Origin: Eimeria praecox
Lineage: Eukaryota
DNA: 64,000 bases
Assembly (NCBI GenBank): GCA_963920595.1
Contig: OY986949.1
Span: forward strand, 2,170,001 to 2,234,000
Reading direction: 5' to 3'
Shown here in pieces: positions 45,471-57,788 of the stretch. A program made the translations under genes and the position numbers. The notes beneath the pieces are model-generated. The model ran no database searches and was not told the DNA's origin. It was given only the letters and a program-made list of their open reading frames with translations. Position 1 is the stretch's first letter. Each line of letters starts with the position of its first letter.

Positions 45471-47823
45471 CAGGCCATGCTAGTAAATGCATTAAGCGCT
45501 TACCCGCAGTGCTCCTGAGTGTCTCGATCTGTCCGACATAAGTGGGCTTTCCTTTACGTTGCCGATGTAGCACTCCCTGTTGTCCACAGCAGCCGCCTGA
45601 ACCTCTCGCCTATATTCACTGGTGATGCACGCGTGTCCTGCGCTCTGAACAGCTCCATGACGACATGACAAAGCTTTCCCCCCGAAGCCTTGCTGCAGTG
45701 TGGTAGGAAGACCTGCTGCCTTCATCCCACCACCTGCCGCAAAATCTGCTGCATGGACAGCCTGCTGTTCATCAATCAGTGCCTCTTCGCCACCTTTCCG
45801 GAATGGCGTAGCCATCGACAATCGCACCTCATCCATCATGGGCCACCTCAAAAGTGATGCATCTGAGGCGACCATCCGCACACAGCAGCCTGCTTTACCA
45901 AGTGTACTTCTACAGTTTTTCTGATAGCCCTCAGTCATCTTCGCGATAGCAGCAGCACACCGAGCCTCCCGTATATGGGCCTCTCACAACTCCACCTGCA
46001 ATAACCTTTTGTTCCCTTTGCCTTGTTCCCTCTGATCCTACGTGATGACCGTCCCAATTTTTTTTTGGAGGGCAGATAACAGCTTCCGGTGAAGAACACG
46101 ACGCATCGACTCCCCAGTTGCTCCTTGCAATGGGCAACCGGCAACAAAAGAACCACCAAAAATCTCTTCTGCCCTACACACTGGAAGTCGAGTGCAAGTT
46201 CCGGTGCTGCTCGCGCAGAAGGTTTCACCGAGCCAGTCCCTCGCCGCAAGTCGGTTCCCAAACAAGACGTTGTTGCTTCGCAGTTGAGGGTTTGCACAAT
46301 CCCTGTCCCAAACGGCCCTCCAGGTGTAGCTCGATAGCCGGTTATATCCACAGAGCAGCCTGGGATCCAAGGATCTCAACCCCGGCCCACCCAGTGGACC
46401 AGGCGTGACCACTCTGACCAAAAAGCAGAGAGGGGCAGACTTCCACTTGTCTTAACAGCACAGTACAAATGTAGTATATCCAACTTCTTGTAGAAATTTA
46501 TTAGCAACTATAAAGTTTGCTTACGCTCTGAGCTGCATCAACGAACCAGCGGGCGCCTGCAGCGAAAAAGACCGGTGGGGAGCGCCGCTGCGGGGCGATG
46601 TTTGTCGGTCTTGAAGAGAAAATGTGGCTGCACACACACATAATTTGGCTTGCTTGTGGTAGCTCAAAACACCCCACAACGAGGTTCCCTGAAATCATTA
46701 AATTGCCTGGTCATCGAGGAAACCGAAGTCATGCGTAGAAACAACACCGCTGCTCTGGTATAGTCGCCCTGCGAAAACAGCTTGACGGAATTGCTTACGG
46801 GCAGAACTCCAATTTTACAGCCAACGGCATGCTGGAGAGTTGTGTACACATCGGTAGAATGCAAGAAAGCAGGCTCAAACCTGTTTGCCGTGCATGGGAT
46901 CCCAAGGGGAGGAAAAACAGAAAGCCCACAGAACACCCATAGGAACCACACCTTTAGATGAGCCACACACTGCAATTTATTAAGAGCATTCACAAGAATA
47001 AACTGTCCCGAGCAGTACACAGAAGCAACTACATCGCCGGCTAAGCACGTGGAGGCTGTCTCACGGGATGCGGCCTCCTCGAGGAGGCACTCGACTGGAG
47101 GAAGGGGGCTGCAGCTGGCCTAGTCACGTTTCTGCTGATTCAGCTCACACAGTGTATACTACAATTTATATGTGCATTTTTAAAGTTTGGGGATAGTCAG
47201 TAAGCCTTCTCATCAGAATATTTCCTGCCAGGCGGCGGGAGCAGAGACGCACATCAAAGGAACCTCCTGGGGATTCGGATATCGAAGTGCCAGGGGCCTC
47301 CCCGTTCACGAAGCATAAGGAACAAGAAGTGCCGGTGTATGCCCGTTTTTTTGTCCAGTAGCTGTGTTTAGCCCATTTCTGTGTGTACTAAGCGACCTCA
47401 GAATAATGCTAATGGGGGTTTGCATTATCTGTTGCCACCTCTCGTTGTGCCGGAGATGGGTCGTACCTAATTTGACGTGCCTTTTGACTTTGAATAGAAA
47501 ACTGTGACTGAATTCTAAAGCTAACGATGCCAACCTGCCTTATTAGATACCGGCAGCAAGACCTAGTGCGCGCCATACTCCTATTTAAGCCAAAGCTACG
47601 CTTGCAGCGCGGGTACGACCGTGTCCTAAACACGCTGCCAATGACCCCATATGTAAGGCTATGTAAGATACCGACTCCTGAATCTAGCCTAATCGGCAAC
47701 AACCTGGCCCGCGCATGTAACAGATGCCGAGGAAGAGGTGCTGTTCCGCTGACCTCGTTGGGGGTTAACGAAGGTTAAGACAGGCGGAACGCAACCTCAG
47801 AACAGCAATGTGGGCAAACGGAT

Positions 47824-47891
47824 AAATTGATTGCTAATGAGCCTTAGCTCGCAACGCAAATTGATTGCTAATGAGCCTTAGCTCGCAACGC
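47824..47891. repeat. Exact 2 x 34-bp tandem duplication
   Basis: AAATTGATTGCTAATGAGCCTTAGCTCGCAACGC occurs at 47824 and 47858. Confidence 0.95.
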
Positions 47892-48512
47892 TAGTCTCCT
47901 CTACTCACGAAGCTCAGCACTCAACTGCTCCTCGCAAATCAAATGTGTAAAGCGTCGATTTCCCGGAAATGAAGGGGAGACATGTGCAACCAGGCACTAC
48001 GCATGCTGTTGCAGGGTCAGGGACACCTGCATGTGCCATCGCATGCTCATCATCTTCAGGACAGGCCTACACGAGTTCAACCGGCCAACCGGTTTCCTCC
48101 TCCGCTGCTCTTCAGCCCGCTGTCTGAGCCAAGAAGCATTCACTGCTGTGAGAGTCTTGCCTCTCAACAAAAGTGGTGCAGCGTATCCACGTATATGAGT
48201 GTACGTGAGTACGTGTGCATGTGTATTCTTCTGCGGGTCTGTATAAGTGTCCCAGGCACTGCTTCGCACAGCCAATCCAAAAGGGCATAGCAATTGGGGA
48301 ACGGCTGTTGATGAAGGTATTCTACAAGGTACAGTCACCAGTTCCCGAAGAATGCCCGTCATTCTCCGAAAAGTTTGACTCCAAATGGTCCTTGAACGTG
48401 TTCTCCAGGTTCTGCTGTCCCACTCTCAAGGCGTTCAGTATCAAGAGTCCCACTATCCATCACGGAATTATGCCTGTCATATCCACCATCCACTTTGTCC
48501 AGCATCTTCTGG

Positions 48513-50093
48513 CTATGCGCTGGTCGATGCATCACTCGGCACATCAGTCGATGCTTCAGTCGATCCATCGGAAGATGCATCGGGGACTGGGGGCGATTCC
48601 GTTGGGGGTGAAGACGTCAGGCTCACTAACTGAATATCATTTGCCTGACACATGTCCCCGCTGGCCGTCACTAAATCCGCGGATGCTGAACCGTATACTC
48701 TAAGGGAATGGGGGTTGCAGTCGCTTAGGGAAACCATAAGGTCACGATTGTTGAACCCAACGCCAGCATCCACAGATGCCTCATGCCACGAGCCTTTGAC
48801 TCCACTTCCCCTGCACACAGAATTAAATAAGTACCAAACACCCACTTGGGCCTGAGCCCCACATATATGCTCGGACTCGGAAAACAGAAGCAGTTAACTA
48901 TATCACAAGCATCACCAGAAAGAACGCAGTACAACAGTCCTCGGTGGTCGCAATAGCTGTAAACTCACCCAGAAATCCAAGTGAGAAGTCGTACAGTCAT
49001 TTCTGTTGAAGTTTTCTGTTTAAAGATGACCATGAACGCCGATGTAGGTCCAGCTGGAGAATCTAGCAAGAGCTCCTTTGGAGCCGTCTCACCTTCTTTG
49101 TAGAGCAGCACAGCCGCTTTCCGTGGCTCTCCATCTCCATCTTCAGAACCGCTGATGCGGACGCCAACAATCGGAATCGAAGGCTGTTCCGTAGTGGGCC
49201 CTTCTACACCATTAGCCCCCCCTTCAGCCCCGTCCTGACTGCCTCCTCCAGCTAAACCAGGCCCCCCTTCACCACGTGATTCTCTCATCAGAGCCATGCC
49301 CCTAGAATTATCAGTTACTAGCTCTACAACAAAATCAGCGCTACCCTTCCCCCATCCATTGGCGGTAATTTTCACAGATTCTCCCTCCTTAAGACCACCG
49401 CGAACGGTTAATCTGCCGCAGTTTGCTTCAACAAGTCCACCTACACCTGCGGGAGAAAGGGAGACAAAACGAACCGACCTCGATGCAGAATCCGGATGGA
49501 TCAAGTACTACCTGCCACCGATGTACCAAGGTATGTCCCGAAAGAACTGCAAAACTCACCGGTGTGGTCCTTATTCAAACTGCCAGCGGTAAGTGCAGAC
49601 TCACGAGCAGACGGCTCGTTCCCTGCAGAAGCAGGCACGAAGAAGACATGAAACAAAGACGATGAGTCACTAACGGTCGTACGCTTTCCAAATTCAGCAA
49701 AGCCAGACAGCCTGGCGCTCACCATGAAAGCCTGCACTCACAAGGCTGTAGCCTAGCTGGCGAGCTCATGATCCGCATGAGTCCTTGCTTCATGGAATAC
49801 CAACACCCCACAACAGGCTTAAAAACAAGAGCATACATTTCAGCTACACGGTCAGAGGTCACCTAAACAACATCTATAGAAGTGGGAATGTGGGGATGCT
49901 CCAAAAGCACTGTCCTGCGCAGTGTACGACACTACTCCGCACAGTGACTCCAACAAGCACTGCCTCTCATATAACCCCCGAACCACTGCATGTCCAGAAT
50001 CATTGCCTAACCTGGGACTTTAGTCCTGATTGCCAAAGTTAACGCAGGGGAGAAAAGCAGGCCCAGAGCGATAAGCGAAAAAGCGCGAGCCAT
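48513..50093 (-). CDS. MIC2: Eimeria microneme protein 2 (MIC2, Etmic-2 family), 4 exons (50093-50012, 49622-49560, 49446-48969, 48810-48513), ~306 aa
   Basis: Signal peptide MARAFSLIALGLLFSPALTLAIRTKVPG (missed by the ORF track), GLVEANCGRLTVRGGL, AAVLLY, AGPT, KGSWHE and RDLMVSLSDCNPHSLRVYGSASADLVT. These closely match Eimeria MIC2 as I recall it. Exon phases are consistent. Confidence 0.95.
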
Positions 50094-50778
50094 TGTGCAA
50101 CGACGCAAGGGAGCAGAATGGTTACGCTAATGTAAGCCTGAGTAGGATAAAAATGTACTTTGTAGGGCAAGCCTTTAGAAATAGCAATGGAAGGACAACT
50201 TCTTCAACATGCAGAAGCTTGAGCTCAAAAGCAGACCGCGCACAGGACTTCAGGCTACCGGTAAGCAGCAGCGCAAGTGGCTAGCAGAGGTTCCCTGTAT
50301 TATTTGGTTGTTTTTAACTCTTACATTGAGTATAGAAAACTCGCTGATGGCTTATGACTCAGATTTCTCGGGGGAAGCTGGTCAACATCCCGCTAATGCT
50401 GCGGATGCCCACTGAAGACCGCTTCGGACCAGGGGCAACGCCAGCTTCCGGGGGCAAGCATTCATGTAGGGCAGGTTTTAACTTGCCGTGCTTTAGATAA
50501 TCATTTGATGAATGTTATGTGAAGATGAAACACGTAATAAGGCTTTTTTGACAGGAGTTGTCCCTCGGCTTCGAGACACGAGGGGGGCAGTATATGGGGA
50601 GGTGCACGAGCTTCTCGTTCTGTCTTCAAAAGGGTGATGAAATTTACTCTCTTTCAGCTGCTGCCTTGTTTTATCCAAATACATTTGAAGTGATGGTGCA
50701 GAAATGACCCTCAATAGCGACCGTGTGCTATTCCGATGCAGCAAATGCTGGGGGTGACCTTGTGATGCGGGGACCTGT

Positions 50779-50970
50779 AAGTGGAACTGCTTAGAATTGC
50801 TGACAGTTGAGCATCCTTAATCAGCTGCATAATAATTAAAAATATTTTATTATGTAGTGAAACGAAGGAACTACAAGTGGAACTGCTTAGAATTGCTGAC
50901 AGTTGAGCATCCTTAATCAGCTGCATCATAATTAAAAATATTTTATTCTGTAGTGAAACGAAGGAACTGC
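50779..50970. repeat. 2 x 96-bp tandem duplication upstream of MIC2
   Basis: Copies start at 50779 and 50875; I count 3 mismatches. Confidence 0.95.
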
Positions 50971-52111
50971 CCACCAAAAAGTTTGCGAGTGGCGGGTTGC
51001 CCCACTTGAAGCGGGCCTGTGGAAGACACACTACAGCGGATTCTACAGCGCTTTGTAACCTTTCGCTTTTGTAACCTTTTTAAGGCGTTCCATTATTACA
51101 GGAGACCACTTACAAACGTATGAGACGTGCATATGAAGCTAGCTGCTGTGCGTCGGCCGCTGCACATAGCAGTCATGCGTATGGCAGAAGCGCTGTTTGC
51201 TGTTTTGGTGGAGGCTCGTTCTGGCTTCTGAACGCAATATCCATTTTAGAAGACACTAAGGAGCACCTTTTATTTCAATGGAACATCCCCAACCTGGAAA
51301 CCTAAATCTCGCCAATTTGTTGGCAGATCGTCCAGCTCACTCGCTGTAATGACGTCTTATTTCTTCTTATCAGAATTGAAGCAGTAGCTGCACGTGCGCA
51401 GCTGATTTGGCGGGGGGATAATAGCCATGGAGTCGTTCATCATTAGAGCTCTCGGGCATTCCTGCGGCTGGGTAGGCAGTCAGCTACTTGACTTCAGTTT
51501 CAGAAACGAAGTTTCGGTAGTTTAATTCCGTACTTTCAATTTCACAACTGGCTGTACGGAGACCGTGGCTGCACACTGAACCTTCTCTGGAGCATGCCAT
51601 GTCTCTGGTTACATGTTTAGCAGTGTCGCAGCCAGCCGCTCGTCAACAGAAATAATGCTTGTTCACACAAAATGCCAGTACGAATGGCATAGCTATAGTT
51701 TGAAATGGGCCTCTTATTTTACTCATCCATTGGCTTCGCTACGACAAAACCATCGTCGCCCTAGTTCTAACCAGCCATTTGCATTTATCAAGAGGTGCCT
51801 GTTAGGAATCAGGGGAAGCAAACGGCTGCCAGTATTCGTAACAAGCACCGCGAGTAGCTGCTAAGCTACAGAAATTTTTCAGTGGTATAGACTCCTTGGA
51901 AATAGATTTTGAGCCATATGCTGCTGCTACGTCATCACTATCCTGGTTACTCGGGCCAACAAAAAACTCTCCTCTGCTCCTGTTCACTCACCTATGCAGC
52001 GCTATTTCCACGGCTTTTCGCGCAGCTGCTTGTTGGAGGCTTACGATTCCCATATCAGGATGGCCCGTTAACGCCTGTATGTAGATTATCCACCCTATTG
52101 TTTAAATCAAC

Positions 52112-52114
<3 letters not shown>

Positions 52115-52201
<87 letters not shown>
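52115..52201. repeat. (TA)n microsatellite in the repeat-poor segment
   Basis: About 43 units read directly. Other (TA)n arrays lie near 9416, 9696, 9785, 14838, 16845, 20933, 21867, 26746, 26845, 33639, 35512, 35698 and 36499. Confidence 0.95.
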
Positions 52202-52204
<3 letters not shown>

Positions 52205-53696
52205 TAAAGATCGCGTTGCATCTACCCTAACAGCTTTTGACGACGCAAGTACCTGCGGGGCCTCACCTGGCCCAAAAGTCACAACAGCTGGCCACGCCGG
52301 TGTGTGGACACATCTGTGCACCAAGGCCGCTTTGACAAGTGTCTAGTATTTGTGAAGGGATTGCTGTTCAAAAACATAATTCCTTAGGTTTCCGCCTTCA
52401 GGAGGGACCGCTAGAGTGGTCAAAATTCGTTGGGCCAAGCGGGTATTCGCTATCATCGAGCCCTACGTATGTGTACGTATGTGTACGTACGTATGTTTTA
52501 CTTGTACGCCCTCTCTGCTTACACAAGCATTTCCTTCTTTGTAGCGCTACCTACCCAGTGTCGTGAATGCTGTTAGAACAGCTATTTCCCCATCGCCACC
52601 ACAAAGGTTGCGTGGATACTGTATTCCTTATTCGCCATGTGATTGCAGATGAGTGCATCTGTAGATACACAGTGAACTCCATTTCCTGAAGCCATCTGAG
52701 CTGGGAAGTCCGGCAAACTTACAACAGAACAGTTACAGGAAGAACAGAATTGAGTGTTTCTATCATAAGGTGAAGAAGTCCCCGAAAATCCTCCGCTAAC
52801 CTCAACTTCGTTCCGACGAGTGCAGTCTCGGCCAGAATGCAACTGGACAGGTAATATTATTTTGTCTCCTTCAAATGCCTCCCACCTTGTACTACTAGTG
52901 ACCCCGTAGAATGCATGACATTGAGAACTCTTCTTCGACAAACTACAGTATTTTGCTGAACCTCCAACAAATTCGCACCTTGCCATGCCTTGAATGATCC
53001 ATGCATAAATCCCGTTCCGCATCGAAGCCGCTGGTTTCCTACTTCCACAATTAGCAAGCTTTGCTAATGGCTTGGAATTGCCGGTACGTTCTCATGGACG
53101 AATTGATTCATTTGTGGCGCGCAAAGCACACGCTGTGGGCACGAGAAGCACCTACGCGAGTAGTTACACGCTACCAGCCCTTGCACGAGCTGCACTCTTG
53201 AGCAGATAATCGTTCAAAAAACTAGGGCAAAACGAAAGAGCCAAGATACAAGTCACATCTTCCACAGAGTGCCAATATCCTCCCAACCGAAGCCTCCATT
53301 CCTTCCGGCTGTATCCACTTTGAGGGTCCTCCAAGGGATCACGAGGGGCGCCCGCGTTGCGAACACACCATCGTAAGAACCAAGGAAGAGCCCACGAGCG
53401 GCGCCAAATTGAGAGTCTCCGAAGGAATTACACAACAATGTGTAGCGATTTGAAGAATGAACCATAACATCGCTGTCGCCAAAAATCACCGAATCACTTG
53501 ACGCCTCCTGCTAGCAGTAGCAAGGCCGAGAAAACCTCATCTGGTGCTTTTCTTCCCGCAACAATGGGAGCACCTAAACCCTGCCCGCACAGCCCCTCGT
53601 GCTAACTCACTGAATTGCCAACGCGATCTACAGTGTTTTTCACGTTGGCAACAAAGCAATGCAGCTCGTGAAGCAAAGGTGCGGGGTTTGTGCTAT

Positions 53697-56600
53697 TCAA
53701 TCTACTTCTACATCAAAATGAAGTTTAGGCTGTAAACGGAACGCTGCATGCCGGCCGCTCTCTAGACTTTCGCCATCGTTTGTAAACCTGAAAAACGCAC
53801 ACACAAAAAATAAGCTCATTCAAGGAATTGGCCGCTACGAGCCAACGCAGTACTGGACAGAGCTGAAACTCGGGCAAAGCGAGCCATACCCGAAAAGAAA
53901 CTGTACAGGCCCTGCATTGTAGCGGGAGTAACCCTGCAGGTTACCATGCCCACGCAAACGGAGGAGGCTAGCTATGGATAGAAGAGGTCGGACAGAGACG
54001 CCTAGCCATGGACGGCCCTGAAGACACGCATTTGACACCCAAATACGCGCCAGGCATTTACGGCTACCGACACAATCGTGTGAAAATTATTGTATACCAC
54101 CTCGGGGCAATGGTGCTCCACTGTTGCCCCTGATGCCGAGAAAGCTGAAGCAAGCGCAACATGGATTTCTGTGCAAATAGCCTGTAAGTTGCTATAGGCA
54201 AGCGCTCCTTCATGAATTGCCACAATGCATCTTGCTGCTGCCCACATGTTGCTGACGAAGCAACGCCGCAAGGGGTGACCCAGACAACTCCGCCGCCATG
54301 GCGGAAAAGTCCCTAGCTGATTTTTTAAGTAAAAGAACATGGATTTCGAGCAAAGAACGATACAAGCCGCGGCACAGCTGGTTGCTGCGGCAAGCCCTAG
54401 CAGATGCGTTCGATATCTTCGTCAGAACGGACTGCTCCGGTAATGTTGGGGGCATCACTTGGCTGGAAGGCAGTGAATCTGCTGGCCGCTGAGCCGTTGA
54501 GCCAACTGCGTGAGGTAGTAGACGCGTTAGTCGCTCATCCAGCGTCATCAGAGACTGCAAACCCAAAGGCAGGCAGGCTGGAGGAAAAACCCTCGTCGGT
54601 CTTGTGTTAAAACTCTGGTCAGACAAACGCTGAAAAGTGCAACTGCCGAAGTGTGAACTACTCTATCCGGAAGTGTCTGTGTGGCAAACAGCAGTGTTGC
54701 TGACCTTTCTGATAATTCCTGGGGCCACTGATTCAAAATCCCGTGCGTTTCTTTGCAATGCAGCTACCAGGTCTGCTCTAAGGCTTAATCTGAGGCTGGT
54801 CTCTATTTGCAGGGCTTCCCTGAAATACAGCAGATGAAAAAGGAGCCCGCAGATACTGCTGTCGCATCATGCGTATCACCGCGAGAAGTGACATCAGGCA
54901 GTCACCGGCCGGCCTAACAATCCACACTGCACTAGCCAAAAACTCACCTCAGGAAAATAGTACGTATTTCTCTTTCGACACATCGCGCTAGCTCCTCGCG
55001 CAGCGCTCTACGTTGCAGTGAGAGCTGCGAGCACCACAAATGGTAGACGCACCCGGTTCTTCACTCCTATCATTAGCCCCACACCGCCCCTGCATATGTA
55101 GGCACATTGCGTTGGAGTCGTTGCGCACCTGATACTTCCGGGTTCGGTAATCGTAAAGGGTCAGTGCGTTGGATAGGATCCCTTGGGCTACTGAACCAAA
55201 TGATTGTCTGCCAGCGTTCTGTGAATCTCGACGCTGTAGCCGCCGCAGTTCTTTCTGAGGAGCGAAAACATGGAGACTCGAAACCAAAATACCTCCTATA
55301 CTCTCTTCAGCAGCACGACCCTCCAGGTGTTGCTGTTCTGCATTGCTTTCAAGGGGCTTAGTCACAAAATCTGTTCGGTATGTGATGAGCCCCACCCTCG
55401 CATCTTCCAGGCACAGCCTGAAGGCCGCCGCGCACATATTAGAGGAGACAGCATGTGTAGCAAACTCAAGCATGTTGGGAGGATCGGAAATAAACTGTCT
55501 GGTAAGCAAAGCCCCCAATGCATCTGCACAGGAGACACAAAGTCAAAACCACACCCCAAATCACAGATAATAAGCGTGTGCATAGAAGGCTGCATACTAC
55601 ACTTTGTACTGTTGGGCTGCGGGGACGGTTGCCTGCTGCCTACACGATAGCAGGCAATGCGTGTTTGTGTAGACTAAGTGCGCCGAAAGTTCAGCTTTAG
55701 TTTGTACCGGCAATCTGTGTCACCGATGCATTCCTGGGTTCAGTCCTTCGTATCAGACGATCAATTTCATCCCGAGTACTCTTTCCTCCTTCACCCAGCG
55801 GCATGCCGATCACATTTACTTCGGCTGCAGAAATGGCATCGCACCGTCCCATACAACGTACTCAGCATAAGCTGCGGCGAGCTTGTCCTCAGCCTGGCTT
55901 TCATAATAACTGCTTTGAATTGGAACACGCTTGCCTTCAGCGGTGCCAAGTTGGGCGAGAATTTCTGCACGTATGGCCTCCCGCCTTGACCGAGACACCG
56001 GACCCTGCAGCGCCAAGTCCACTCCGGGATGCACCATATCGTTCCGTCTAGAGCAATAAAAATAATCTTTGAATCGGCTTGCATGCAACACTATAGGTAA
56101 CGCATGGACGCCACAACCGTAGGGTGCAGGAGAAAGTGACTTTGGCTATTTAGCTGGCCATGCTGGGCAAGCGACTTCCATTCGAGCATTTTGGCGCTAG
56201 ATAACGCCAAAACACAGAGCCAATTCGCCGGGTTTTAAGTGCATCGTTACTCAGCCACTTTCCAAAATTACCTCAAGGGCGACGACGATGAGCGGCAGTC
56301 GGGGAGGTCGTTTTGCCCCAGGGGATAGTGATCTCCGCGATGTGCTCGGGTGGATGCGGGATTGTGTTGCAAGGCTGCTAGCCCCCTCTTGACGGGCCTC
56401 CTTGTTAATCAGCTGTTTCATTGCCTGCAGGAGCTGAGAAACATCTTCTGGCAGACGAACCTGAGCATTCATGGGCTGCTGTTCAGTTTGCAATGACGGC
56501 TGGCTTTTGCCTCTGGCCAGACTGGTGTCTGTCTTTGTCTCTAGACTGCCCTCTGTTCCCCTTCCAGTACTTCCCACACAAATGAGCTCCCCAAATTCGT

Positions 56601-57788
56601 GGCCTCCTCGAATGTCATGCGGTCGCGATGTTGAAACAAGCTCGCCATTAAGAAGGGGTAGAACTAGAATGTCGGCTGCCTCGACCAGTGTGTGTGCGAC
56701 GGCTTGAATCATGGCAGCTTCTGTCAAAGCCCGCGCGTCTCCCGAAAGGTCTCCTGGGGGCTCTGCACGCTCTTCCCCCTTGGCTGAAGTTATACGGTAG
56801 CCTGCCAGGGGACTTCCTGCCGATGGACTTCCTGCGGCACGCTGCTCCTGCGTGTATCGTGCTGATGCGATGCCGCGTTCTGCCTTAGATACGCCTTCGT
56901 TTACTTGACAATGAACAGCAGATGGCAACTCGACAGTCAGCAACACAGCGCCGGACCGCAGCTTTTCCAGCCCGATGTCTGGGAACAGAACACAAACGGA
57001 GATCGCACTGAAAAACAGGTGTGGGTCGATGGCTGCCATGATCGCTCCCCGTAAACACTAATAAGTACTATTACACCTTGTGAATCAAAATATAGACATC
57101 CACTCAGCACAAATCTATGCGACACACTTGTTGCGGTGCACAATTGGCGCCAGGATGTCAACGGCGTTTCTTTTGCAGTCCTCTTGATTTCAGTGGCACC
57201 CACTGGGCTATCTTCCCACTCCTCCTGGGTGTCCGAAGAGTTTGCAGCACAGCCCAGCGCCTCTCTTAAAACCGAGCGCTGAAATGGACGGCCAATGGTG
57301 ATCACGAGGGGAGCCGGCTCTGCCTGATCTGCATCATTCCCTGCGGATCTTCCAGTCGAAAAAATATTCCGCAGGAGGCCTGCAGCTTTCTTAGCAGCTT
57401 CTCCGTCCTCATAACCACTCAAGCTTCGCAGTGCCTGCAGGCACAACAGATGGCGCTGCGTCCGTAGGAGCTAAACTACAAGAGCGGGGCCAACCCACTC
57501 AATGAAGATGTTACTGCTCGACAGAAAAAAGCCATCGGCGGTGAGGTTGGCCCCAGAGCACACCTCGCACTGTGGTAGTCGAGCCAAAGGGCGGGGCTTC
57601 AAATAATCCTGCGCATAAATCACACTTGGCAGCATAGCACAATGTCGAGGGTTGCAGCAGATCCTGTGATGATACAAGCATGTACGCGTGACAAGCGCGC
57701 GGGCGTTACCTACTTGTGTTCGGATATGTAATCCGCTTGCTCTTCTTAGGCAGAAACCGACAGCAAGGAGCAGCCAAAGTGCGTGCAT
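53697..57788 (-). CDS. Multi-exon signal-peptide protein of unknown function, possibly with a degenerate RHD3/Sey1-like fold
   Basis: First exon 57788-57714 encodes MHALWLLLAVGFCLRRASGLHIRTQ. Probable further exons: 57608-57564, 57434-57077, one from 56978, and others at ~55.8-56.0, ~55.1-55.4, ~54.7-54.8 and ~54.55-54.25 kb. The last exons (54017-53890, 53787-53697) give GHGNLQGYSRYNAGPVQFLFGFTNDG...FRLQPKLHFDVEVD*. Internal boundaries are only partly resolved. Confidence 0.7.

Noticed and set aside
50971..53690. Scattered 60-146 aa ORFs between MIC2 and the next gene
   Set aside because: No recognisable motifs or consistent exon chain.
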